A stretch of 57,654 bases of DNA. Source: an uncultured Rubrivirga sp. (GTDB lineage Bacteria; Actinomycetota; Actinomycetes; S36-B12). The notes below the pieces were generated by a model. The model was not told the origin of the DNA and ran no database searches. It saw nothing but the letters and a program-made list of their open reading frames with translations. A program made the position numbers and the translations under genes. The first letter of the stretch is position 1; every line of letters starts with the position of its first letter. The DNA lies in assembly GCA_964413305.1 (NCBI GenBank), contig CAYPSE010000001.1:1-57654 (forward strand). The letters are read 5' to 3'. Positions 1 through 7,931 of this stretch are shown in pieces.

Positions 1-907
1 GGTAGGCCGGACGGCCATCGGCATCGATGCTCACTCCGACCAATCGGCCGGGAAGAGAGCGTTCCAACCCCGCGCGTACTGCGATGTAACCGGCGTGCGG
101 TCCACCGAAGGCCATCGGTACACCGAAGCGCTGCATGGATCCCACCGCGATGTCTGCACCGAGTGCACCCGGCGATTCCAGCAGGGTCAGGGCCAGCGGA
201 TCGGCGTCCAGGATGACGAGCGCGCCTTGCTCCTTTGCCTGGGCGATGAGGCTGCGTGGATCGATAATCGCGCCCGTCGAAGCGGGGTACGCGATGACCA
301 CCCCGGAGATCGGGCCTTCGGGTAACCCCTGCGTGGGATCGAAATCGACCAACTCGATGCCCTGCGGTTCGGCGCGGGTGCCGACCACGGCGCGGGTCTG
401 CGGATGCACTCCCCTATCGATGGCGATGCGTTCCACACCCTTGGGCCCGTGCTTGATGGCCATCGCAATCGCCTCGGCTACTGCGGTGGGTTCATCGAGC
501 AAGGACGCGCCGGCTACGTTCAAGCCAGTGAGGTCCTCGACGAGCGTCTGGAAGTTCAATAGCGCCTCCAGGCGCCCTTGGGAGATCTCTGGTTGGTAGG
601 GCGTGTAGGCGGTGTACCACCCGGCGTTGAGCAGGATGCCGCGCTTGATCGCCTCCGGCATCACGGTGCCGTGGTACCCCAGGCCGATCATGTTGACGGG
701 GCGAGCGACGTCCTCGATGCGGCGCTCGAGTTCGGCCAGTGCCTCGGTCTCACTCGCGGCTGGCGGAAGTTCCATCACGTTGAGGTCCTTGATGCCCGCG
801 GGCACCACGGCGTCGATGAACGCTTCGAGGTTCGAATAACCCAACTCGGCGAGCATGATGTCGACGTCTGCAGGGCCGGGACCGATGTGGCGAACTGTGA
901 AATCCAT
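1..907 (-). CDS. gcvP: glycine dehydrogenase (decarboxylating), glycine cleavage P protein; N-terminal part, gene runs off left edge
   Basis: My reverse-strand translation from ATG (905-907): MDFTVRHIGPGPADVDIMLAELGYSNLEAFIDAVVP...NAGWYTAYTPYQPEISQGRLEALLNFQTLV...FGVPMAFGGPHAGY. This is a typical GcvP N-terminus. It is missing from the ORF track because it is open at the window edge. A glycine riboswitch lies directly upstream. Confidence 0.9.
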   Translation of the reverse strand, partial: MDFTVRHIGPGPADVDIMLAELGYSNLEAFIDAVVPAGIKDLNVMELPPAASETEALAELERRIEDVARPVNMIGLGYHGTVMPEAIKRGILLNAGWYTAYTPYQPEISQGRLEALLNFQTLVEDLTGLNVAGASLLDEPTAVAEAIAMAIKHGPKGVERIAIDRGVHPQTRAVVGTRAEPQGIELVDFDPTQGLPEGPISGVVIAYPASTGAIIDPRSLIAQAKEQGALVILDADPLALTLLESPGALGADIAVGSMQRFGVPMAFGGPHAGYIAVRAGLERSLPGRLVGVSIDADGRPAY

Positions 908-929
908 GTCTTCTCCAGGTCAGGCGAAC

Positions 930-1135
930 AGTAAGGACTGCTCCCCCTCTGTTATCCACGCAACGCGCGACCTGAGAGTTTCACCGTGGCAGACCACAGC
1001 TTTCACCGTCGGTAGGGATCGCTCCCTTTTCCAGAGATGCCTACCCGAGCGGTACCGGTGCCTGAGAGTTTGTCGGGGCAATTGCTCCTTCGGCGGCTAC
1101 GACCCTGGCGTGGGCCGCGGCTCTCTCCCGCATGG
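930..1135 (-). promoter_or_regulatory. tandem glycine riboswitch (two aptamers) in the gcvP leader
   Basis: The minus-strand RNA reads GCGGGAGAGAGCCGCGG...GCCGCCGAAGGAGCAAUUGCCCCGACAAACUCUCAGGCACC...CAUCUCUGGAAAAGGGAGCGAUCCCUACCGACGGUGAAAGC...GAAACUCUCAGGUCGCG...ACAGAGGGGGAGCA. Each half has the GGAGAG / ACCGAAGG-like / CUCUCAGG hallmarks. A GGAGAA Shine-Dalgarno follows just before the gcvP ATG. Confidence 0.8.
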
Positions 1136-1181
1136 GGTTATCAGCGTCCCCAGACTAGTGGAAAGTCCGCTCGCGCGTCGG

Positions 1182-1766
1182 TCAGACGGCGGCGCGGCGA
1201 GCGCGACGGCTGGCCAACTCGTCTGTGACCCCCGCGGGAGCGACCGAGTCCCCTGCCGGGTCCTCGGCAGGCAGGGTCGCCAAGGTGCCCTCCACCTCAC
1301 GCCATACGCTGCCGACGGCGATACCGAAGACTCCCTGTCCTCCACGAACCAGATCCACCACCTCGTCTGCACTACGGCACTCGTAGATGCTGGCGCCATC
1401 ACTCATGAGGGTGATCCGGGCAAGGTCGTCGCCGTCACGCGTCGCGAGGTGATCGACGGCGGCGCGGATGTTCTGCAACGAAACACCGGTGTCGATGAGG
1501 CGCTTGACGATTCGCAGGACCAGGATGTCGCGGAAACCGTACAGCCGCTGGGAACCCGATCCGCTTGCACCGCGGACGGAAGGCACGACGAGTCCGGTGC
1601 GCGCCCAGTAATCGAGTTGGCGGTAGGTGATCCCTGCCGCGGCACACGCAATGGGTCCTCGGTAGCCCACGTTCTGGGGCAACGGGCGAAGATCGGCGTC
1701 GTCGAATAACGCTCCTTGGGCGGTTGCTGAATTCACGTCCGCGGAGTGAACGAAACTTCCGGTCAC
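1182..1766 (-). CDS. MerR family transcriptional regulator (Rv1830-like)
   Basis: 194 aa with an N-terminal MerR HTH (GITYRQLDYWARTGLVVPS...RLYGFRDILVLRIVKRLIDTGVSLQNIR). GTG start preceded by AGGAGGAGGA. Sits between the DUF151 nuclease gene and gcvP, as in mycobacteria. Confidence 0.85.
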   Translation of the reverse strand: MTGSFVHSADVNSATAQGALFDDADLRPLPQNVGYRGPIACAAAGITYRQLDYWARTGLVVPSVRGASGSGSQRLYGFRDILVLRIVKRLIDTGVSLQNIRAAVDHLATRDGDDLARITLMSDGASIYECRSADEVVDLVRGGQGVFGIAVGSVWREVEGTLATLPAEDPAGDSVAPAGVTDELASRRARRAAV

Positions 1767-1940
1767 CGAGTCCTCCTCCTCGCGCCTTCACCTTAGTCCC
1801 GGGCGAGGAACCCTGGCACGGATCCGATCCGCTGGGGAAGACGAACAGGTGCGAACTTAGGGAAGGTCCCTCGGGTAGCCAACGCGACACGCCAGGGTGC
1901 CGCAGACGTAAGTCTCAAGGTGAACTGAAGCCTGAGCAGA

Positions 1941-2432
1941 TCAGGAAGTGGCGCCCGGCGCGCCGAAGTCCTCGGGGGAAACCTGGTCCAAGAACTCGCG
2001 GAACTTCTCCACCTGGTCCTCCTCCACCGGCTCTTCCTCATTGGGGATCTCGATGCCGGCCTCGTCCAAGACCGACTCGGCGCCGACGATCGGCACCCCT
2101 GCGCGGAGAGCCAGCGCGATCGCATCCGAGGGTCGGGCTTCGACCTCTAGCCCGGATTCGAAGACGATAACCGCATAGAAGACCCCGTCCTCCAGACCCG
2201 TTATTCGGACCTCGGTCACGGTTGCGTCGAGTGCCTCGAGAAGGTCCTTCATGAGGTCGTGCGTGAGGGGACGTGGAGGCACAACTCCCTGCTGGGCGTA
2301 GGCGATCGCCGTCGCTTCCACGGCACCGACCCAAATCGGCAGGTAACGCTCCCCCTCGCTCTCGCGCAGCAGCACGATCGGGGTGTTCGAGGGCATCTCC
2401 ATGCGAACGCCCACTACCTCCATCGGGATCAT
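1941..2432 (-). CDS. bifunctional nuclease family protein (DUF151, Rv1829-like)
   Basis: 163 aa: MEVVGVRMEMPSNTPIVLLRESEGERYLPIWVGAVEATAIA...RPLTHDLMKDLL...VRITGLEDGVFYA. This is the characteristic DUF151 pattern, and the gene is in conserved synteny. Confidence 0.85.
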   Translation of the reverse strand: MIPMEVVGVRMEMPSNTPIVLLRESEGERYLPIWVGAVEATAIAYAQQGVVPPRPLTHDLMKDLLEALDATVTEVRITGLEDGVFYAVIVFESGLEVEARPSDAIALALRAGVPIVGAESVLDEAGIEIPNEEEPVEEDQVEKFREFLDQVSPEDFGAPGATS

Positions 2433-2493
2433 GAGACCAGGCTAACCGCCCTTGAGCCGCTGCGGGTGCCCCCGTGGGACGCTCTGAGCGAAA

Positions 2494-3204
2494 TCAGGCC
2501 TTGCCCGAACGGATGAGCTCAGCCCGCAAAAGTGCTCCATGCAATTGAACGAACAATGCCGCTATCTCGCGCACGGCCTCCTGGGCCCGCACCCGCGAAT
2601 CGCGTTCTCGTCCGGTCGTCTTGGAGAATGGGGTTGCCATCTGTTCGATCAAGCCGGTCTCTCGATCGGCCACCACCCGGAAACTGCGCATATGGCGTCC
2701 CTCGAAACCGAACTGCGATAGGCGCGCAGCCAACTGGCAGATGATCACAGCGTCTTCGTCGTAGTGCCCGGCCGGACTAACCCAGACCAGACCCAACGAT
2801 TCGAGTTCGGCCACGTAGGCCTCTTCTAGCTCCGCCATCCCAGCCAACTCACTGCGGGTTAGGCGAACCCGACCTGCACCGGGCCGAAAGTCTTCGGGAC
2901 GTGTTCCGCTGCCCGCAGCCGCAGGAGCGTCGTCGGCGGACTTATCGAGTTGTTCGCGGATCACCTTAAGCGGCAGGTACTGATCGCGCTGAAGCGTGAG
3001 CACATCACGCAGGCGTCGGACGTCATCCTCGCTGAACCTGCGGTAACCGCTGGAAGTTCGCGCGGGCGTGATGAGGCCCTCGGTCTCCAGGAACCGGATC
3101 TTGCTGATCGTCACGTCGGGGAACTCACGCTTCAGGACGCTGAGAACCTCACCGATACTCAAGGTCCCTCGCGTTGAAGCTTCGGATTCCTGACGCGCGC
3201 TCAT
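2494..3204 (-). CDS. MerR family transcriptional regulator (Rv1828 / Corynebacterium FtsR-like)
   Basis: 236 aa: LSIGEVLSVLKREFPDVTISKIRFLETEGLITPARTSSGYRRFSEDDVRRLRDVLTLQRDQYLPLKVIREQL. It lies immediately downstream of the garA homolog. Confidence 0.85.
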   Translation of the reverse strand: MSARQESEASTRGTLSIGEVLSVLKREFPDVTISKIRFLETEGLITPARTSSGYRRFSEDDVRRLRDVLTLQRDQYLPLKVIREQLDKSADDAPAAAGSGTRPEDFRPGAGRVRLTRSELAGMAELEEAYVAELESLGLVWVSPAGHYDEDAVIICQLAARLSQFGFEGRHMRSFRVVADRETGLIEQMATPFSKTTGRERDSRVRAQEAVREIAALFVQLHGALLRAELIRSGKA

Positions 3205-3213
3205 GCCCCCGGT

Positions 3214-3714
3214 TCAGGCTCCCGGCTCGGTGCCGACGAGGAAGATGAATCGGAACTTTCCGACCTGCACTTCATCGCCACCTTGCAACTGTTGATCGTC
3301 CACGCGGACGCGATTGACGTACGTGCCGTTGAGACTGCCCACGTCGCGCACACTCCATCCGTCGGCTCCGCGACGGAACTCCGCGTGGCGGCGGCTGACG
3401 GTGACGTCGTCCAAGAAGACCTCGGACTCCGGTGAGCGACCAACACCCACGATGTCCGAATCAGCCGAAAGGAGGAATTCACTACCCTCGGCCGGCCCGC
3501 GGTGCACCACCAGCAGGGCTGCGCCAGTGGGCAACTCTCGATGGATACCGGTTCCCAGCGCCGCGGCTGGGCCTGTGCCCGTTGGAGGGCCGAGAGACCC
3601 GATCGAGGTGATGGAACCGGTCTGATCGATGTCGTTGGCGGCTAGCGCAGCTCCGCATGCCGCGCAGAACCGGTCCTCCGGATGGACGGGCTTGCCACAT
3701 GCCGGACACGTCAT
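3214..3714 (-). CDS. garA: FHA-domain regulator, GarA/OdhI ortholog with an N-terminal CxxC-x10-CxxC zinc ribbon
   Basis: The C-terminal 100 aa (LLVVHRGPAEGSEFLL...VFLDDVTVSRRHAEFRR...VRDVGSLNGTYVNRVRV...GDEVQVGKFRFIFL) align closely with my recollection of M. tuberculosis GarA. Synteny is gcvH-garA-merR. The N-terminus is MTCPACGKPVHPEDRFCAACG. Confidence 0.85.
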   Translation of the reverse strand: MTCPACGKPVHPEDRFCAACGAALAANDIDQTGSITSIGSLGPPTGTGPAAALGTGIHRELPTGAALLVVHRGPAEGSEFLLSADSDIVGVGRSPESEVFLDDVTVSRRHAEFRRGADGWSVRDVGSLNGTYVNRVRVDDQQLQGGDEVQVGKFRFIFLVGTEPGA

Positions 3715-3767
3715 GGGCTCGCTCCCTTCACGGTTGCCGTCGAGCTGGTTTCACGCTCAACCTCAGC

Positions 3768-4151
3768 CTAAGCCCCCTGGGTCATCCCCTCGTAATCACT
3801 CGCCGTGAGCAGGCCGTCGACTTGGCTCGGTTCGCTCATCTTGATCCTCATCAGCCAGCCCTGTTCATAGGGCGAGGAATTGATGAGCTCCGGGTTGGCG
3901 TCCACGGCAACGTTCACCTCAACCACTTCCCCGCTCACCGGTGCGTACAACTCGCTGACGCTCTTGGTCGATTCGACTTCACCGCATGAATCGCCCGCGG
4001 AAAGGTTCGTGCCGGCAGCAGGCAAGGAGACGTACACGATGTCGCCTAAGGACTCCTGCGCGTACTGGGTGATGCCCACCTGCACGATGTTGTCGCTTTC
4101 GCCCTTCACCCACTCATGCTCCGAGGTGTACTTCAACTCTCCGGGGATCAT
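3768..4151 (-). CDS. gcvH: glycine cleavage system H protein
   Basis: 127 aa: YTSEHEWV...VGITQYAQESLGDIVYV.LP..G......GEVESTKSVSELYAPVSGEVVEVN, with the lipoyl-lysine motif ESTKSV. Confidence 0.95.
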   Translation of the reverse strand: MIPGELKYTSEHEWVKGESDNIVQVGITQYAQESLGDIVYVSLPAAGTNLSAGDSCGEVESTKSVSELYAPVSGEVVEVNVAVDANPELINSSPYEQGWLMRIKMSEPSQVDGLLTASDYEGMTQGA

Positions 4152-4228
4152 CGTGGAGCCCTTCTTCCAGGTAACTTCTTACGCAACCGGCTTGCTGTTG
4201 CGGCCTGCTATCGCATCTGCGCCAGAGA

Positions 4229-4801
4229 CTAGTCCACCGGTCGATCCTGATGTCGCCCGATCGCGATCATCTGCTGGGCGTACCTAATCCCCGCCCACCA
4301 GTACAGGTAGGTGCCCCACAGGGCGAATGCCCAGCCCAGGGCACTGACGGTGGTTCCCCACCAACCCGGCAGCGAGCCCAGGAGCAAAACTGGGAATCCC
4401 CACAAGAGCGCGAATGTCCCGGCCTTGCCGACGTAAGTCACCGGAAGGGCGACCTTCCCTGCACGGCGCAGCAGTGGCATGAGTAGCAGCAGGAAGACGT
4501 CCCGCGCAACCAGAATCCCCACCAACCACCAGCCGATGATGTCGCGAAGGGCCAGACCGATGAGCGTGGCCAGAATGTAGAGCCGATCCACAAGCGGGTC
4601 GAGCAACTCTCCGAGCCGACTCATCTGATTGAGCCTGCGCGCTAGGTATCCGTCGAACCAATCGCTTGCACCGGCTACCACGAGGACCACGAACGCCCAG
4701 ATGTCCGCCTGCTGAACCAGGACCAGCCAGAGGAATAGCGGAATGCCCAACAACCTTGCGAAACTCAAGGCGTTGGGAATCGTCAGCCAGTTGTCCGTCA
4801 T
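4229..4801 (-). CDS. pgsA: CDP-alcohol phosphatidyltransferase (PgsA2-like, PGP/cardiolipin synthase type)
   Basis: Motif DWFDGYLARRLNQMSRLGELLDPLVDR (D-x2-DG-x2-AR...G-x3-D-x3-D). I chose the start at the internal ATG (MTDNWLTIPNALSFARL) because it makes an ATGA overlap with the stop of the upstream ORF at 4798. The longer track ORF (to 5077) is an Arg-rich out-of-frame read-through. Confidence 0.85.
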   Translation of the reverse strand: MTDNWLTIPNALSFARLLGIPLFLWLVLVQQADIWAFVVLVVAGASDWFDGYLARRLNQMSRLGELLDPLVDRLYILATLIGLALRDIIGWWLVGILVARDVFLLLLMPLLRRAGKVALPVTYVGKAGTFALLWGFPVLLLGSLPGWWGTTVSALGWAFALWGTYLYWWAGIRYAQQMIAIGRHQDRPVD

Positions 4802-5532
4802 ATCGCGCTGCCGGATGGGTGTTCCGGCGTTCCCTCGTGTCGGCCTTTCACGCGAAGGACATAGATGCTCACGATGAGCAACGCCACCCCCAGAAGAATC
4901 GTCACTCCTCCTCCGATGATCGCGACCATTCCCACCTGCGACGCCCCATCGATCGAATAGATACCCGTGATCACCACGGACGCGAGCGATGAGTCGTTGC
5001 CGCCCGAGATCACAACGGTTGATCCTTGTTGCGGGACCGGAAGGGAGACTCCTTCGCCGCTCGCAGCAAACGCCCACAAACCGGGCACCGAATCGAAGAC
5101 CACGTCCGGTGCGTCATCGGATGGAGCAATCGACACCGACGACCATGCACCATCGCGAACCTCCACCAGGCAATAGCGCGTACCAAGTAACCGTTCCTCG
5201 ACTCTCTGTTGATCGGTAACGCCGACGAGCCATGGCTCTTGGGTGGTTCCGTTTGCGGTCACGACGAACGACGATGAGAACCGGTCGGTGAGGGGATCGA
5301 AATCATCGAACGCCTCGAATTCGTTGACTTGCACACTGGCGTTGGCGATTTCCATCACAACGGTTGAGCAACCAGCGACATCAATTTCCTGCGGTGCCGT
5401 GGAAAGTTCGTCTTGATTACCCACGGTGGCCAGCAGCAATCCACCACCTGCTGCCATGAAGGCACCCACGACCACACCGACGGACCCCAGGATCGCCAGG
5501 ATGACTCGAGTCACCGTGCGGCCCATGATCAT
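4798..5532 (-). CDS. hypothetical membrane protein (N- and C-terminal TM helices, about 180-aa extracytoplasmic domain)
   Basis: 244 aa. TM1 is VTRVILAILGSVGVVVGAFMAAGGGLLLA and TM2 is VGMVAIIGGGVTILLGVALLIVSIYVL. The middle is acidic and contains 2 Cys. I recognise no family. It is translationally coupled (ATGA) to pgsA. Confidence 0.6.
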   Translation of the reverse strand: MIMGRTVTRVILAILGSVGVVVGAFMAAGGGLLLATVGNQDELSTAPQEIDVAGCSTVVMEIANASVQVNEFEAFDDFDPLTDRFSSSFVVTANGTTQEPWLVGVTDQQRVEERLLGTRYCLVEVRDGAWSSVSIAPSDDAPDVVFDSVPGLWAFAASGEGVSLPVPQQGSTVVISGGNDSSLASVVITGIYSIDGASQVGMVAIIGGGVTILLGVALLIVSIYVLRVKGRHEGTPEHPSGSAI

Positions 5533-5606
5533 CTCCCAATCTTCACTGAAGTCCTGAGTCTGGTCCGTTCGTCACCAGGCTCTCACGAAATGCCCCGCGC
5601 CTACCG

Positions 5607-7085
5607 CTACGGCGCTGCCGACCCACGGGTGGCTTCTTGGCCCAGCAACGCTTCCAGATCGGTCAACTTGTCCATGGTCCGCAAGGCTGTGGCCATTCGA
5701 TGGTTGCCCCGGAACGTGGATTGGTGTGCATGCAGAAAGGCCCAATATCCGGCCGTGAAGGGACAGGCGTTGTCGCCCACCCGCACCTTCGGGTCATAGC
5801 GACATCCGCCGCAGAAGTCGGTCATCCGCTTCAGATAGGCGCCACCCGAGACGTAGGGCTTCGTCGCCATCACTCCCCCGTCGGCGTACAGGCCCATACC
5901 GATCACGTTGGCAGCCATGACCCACGGGTAACCGTCGACGAAGGCACGTCGGAACCAGTCGTTGATGGCCGCGGGCTGGTAGCCGCGCTGTAGGGCCCAG
6001 TTGCTGAGCACCATCAGACGGATGATGTGGTGGGAGTAGCCCATGTCCCGCACGTATTCCAGCGAATGCTTCAAGCACTGTGCATCCACGTCCTGGGCCC
6101 GTGCCTCCAGGAACCAACCAGGCGGGTCCGTCGTGGCCTCCAAGGCGTTTGCCTGTTCGTACTCCGGACCAAGGTGCCAGTACAGGTGCCACACGTACTC
6201 ACGCCAACCGATGATCTGACGAACCAGACCTTCCACGCTGGCGAGGGTGGCGCGATCGGCTTGCCACTCGGCTACCACGCGATCCACCACTTCACGAGGA
6301 TGTAGAAGTCCCAGATTCAATGGCACGGACAGCAGTGAATGCGCCATGAACGGGTCCTGCCACAACACGGCGTCCTCGTAGGGTCCGAACATGCTCAGTC
6401 GATGCGCGATGAAATCATCCAGTGCCGTCAAGGCCTCCGCGCGAGTCACCGCGAAACGACGTGGGCCGTCCGCTCCCAAGAATGCGATGCCCTCGCGTTC
6501 CCAGTCATCGAGCTGGATTCGGACTTGGGCATCGATGTCGTCTTCTTCCGGCTGCCAGGGTGGAGGAACCGGCAGGTGGGTGTGCCCTTTAGGGGGTGGC
6601 AAGCGGTTGTCGGAATCGAAATTCCACCGGCCCCCAGCTGGCTGAGCGTCTTCCATCAAGATCCCGTGAGATCGTCGGACCGTTCGATACCAGTCCTCCA
6701 TGAGCAGGCGCTTGCTTCCCCGGCTATGCACCCACGCGGCGAATTCATCAGGTGAGGTGAGCCAACTGCGTTCCGGAAGTACGCGCCCGACCCCGATCCT
6801 TCGCACCAATTCGCGGGCGGGACGGGAGGTGGCGGCTACACCTTCGAGGTGAGCGGGATCGAATCCACCCAGTCCTTTCCGGTAGGTGCTTGTCTGGATG
6901 AATGTGATCCGGTCGGCTGCCTCACGCGCACGGTGGTGAAGCGCGCTCAAGATCAGGTGAGCCTTCTGTCGGTGGTATTTGCGACGAACGAAGACCGACT
7001 TCGCTTCGATCAGAAGGATCGGCCCACCGTCGTCGAAATGCGGCCCGAGCTGATCGGCGAAGAGCCAGCGAGTGCGTTCGCTCAC
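5607..7085 (-). CDS. cryptochrome/photolyase family protein of the Fe-S cluster type (FeS-BCP / (6-4) photolyase PhrB-like)
   Basis: Carries four Cys spaced C-x87-C-x2-C-x12-C (AQCLKH...DFCGGCRYDPKVRVGDNACPF), plus RWLFADQLGPHF near the N-terminus and GYSHHIIRLMVLSN. The GTG at 7085 gives a GTGA overlap with the upstream ABC ATPase stop. The track ORF extends to 7154. Confidence 0.8.
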   Translation of the reverse strand: MSERTRWLFADQLGPHFDDGGPILLIEAKSVFVRRKYHRQKAHLILSALHHRAREAADRITFIQTSTYRKGLGGFDPAHLEGVAATSRPARELVRRIGVGRVLPERSWLTSPDEFAAWVHSRGSKRLLMEDWYRTVRRSHGILMEDAQPAGGRWNFDSDNRLPPPKGHTHLPVPPPWQPEEDDIDAQVRIQLDDWEREGIAFLGADGPRRFAVTRAEALTALDDFIAHRLSMFGPYEDAVLWQDPFMAHSLLSVPLNLGLLHPREVVDRVVAEWQADRATLASVEGLVRQIIGWREYVWHLYWHLGPEYEQANALEATTDPPGWFLEARAQDVDAQCLKHSLEYVRDMGYSHHIIRLMVLSNWALQRGYQPAAINDWFRRAFVDGYPWVMAANVIGMGLYADGGVMATKPYVSGGAYLKRMTDFCGGCRYDPKVRVGDNACPFTAGYWAFLHAHQSTFRGNHRMATALRTMDKLTDLEALLGQEATRGSAAP

Positions 7086-7870
7086 GTGGCTCTCCGCGCC
7101 GTCGCCGTCCAACGACCATTGACCGCGCTGACGGTCAAGGGAATCCCGTAACACTGCGACATGTTCACGTCCGTTAGGACATCGTGGATTGGACCCGACG
7201 CGATCACCCGTCCTGCACCCAGGAGTAGGCAGTGCGTAATGCCCGGCGGGATCTCCTCCAGGTGGTGGGTCACCAATATCAGCGTGGGTGAGTGCGGGTC
7301 GGATGCGAAGTGGCCGAGGAGGGCTACGAGTTCTTCGCGACCAGCAAGGTCCAATCCAGCGCCGGGCTCATCGAGCAAGATCAACTCGGGGTCGCTCATC
7401 AGGGCGCGTGCGATGAGGACCCGCTTGCGTTCGCCTTCCGACAGCGACGCAAAGGGGCGATGCGCGTATCCGGCTGCGCCCCAGGTCGCGAGAAGACCCG
7501 CTGCCCGCTCGATGTCCTCGGGTAGGTACTCCTCGAGCCACCGGCCGGTAACGGCATAGGCACCCGTCACCACCACATCCACTGCGCTTTCGTGCATCGG
7601 GATATCGCGGAGTAGCGCCGAACTTGCGAAACCGATTCGCGGGCGTACCTCGCTCAAATCGACTTCACCCATGGTCTGTCCGAGCACCTCGACGCTCCCG
7701 ACAGAAGGGAAACTTCGTGTTGCCGCGATGGTCAATGCAGTTGTCTTGCCGGCGCCATTGGGCCCGATGACCACCCAACGCTGGAAATCCTCAACCTGCC
7801 AATTGACGTCGTCCAAGAGGAAACTGGTCCCCCGCCGTACCCCAACTCCCGACATCGACAGCACCTGCAC
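7082..7870 (-). CDS. orphan ABC ATPase, COG1119 ModF/YlmA (PhrA) type, no permease partner
   Basis: 262 aa with Walker A GPNGAGKTT, signature LSEGERKRVLIARAL, Walker B ILLDEPGAGLD and the COG1119-typical LILVTHHLEEIPPGITHCLLL. No membrane gene is adjacent. Confidence 0.8.
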   Translation of the reverse strand: MQVLSMSGVGVRRGTSFLLDDVNWQVEDFQRWVVIGPNGAGKTTALTIAATRSFPSVGSVEVLGQTMGEVDLSEVRPRIGFASSALLRDIPMHESAVDVVVTGAYAVTGRWLEEYLPEDIERAAGLLATWGAAGYAHRPFASLSEGERKRVLIARALMSDPELILLDEPGAGLDLAGREELVALLGHFASDPHSPTLILVTHHLEEIPPGITHCLLLGAGRVIASGPIHDVLTDVNMSQCYGIPLTVSAVNGRWTATARRAT

Positions 7871-7931
7871 GCCGACACCCTAGGCGTGTTGCGGGCTCGT
7901 TGATGATTCGGGGAACGGGTCTCAGTAGCGT

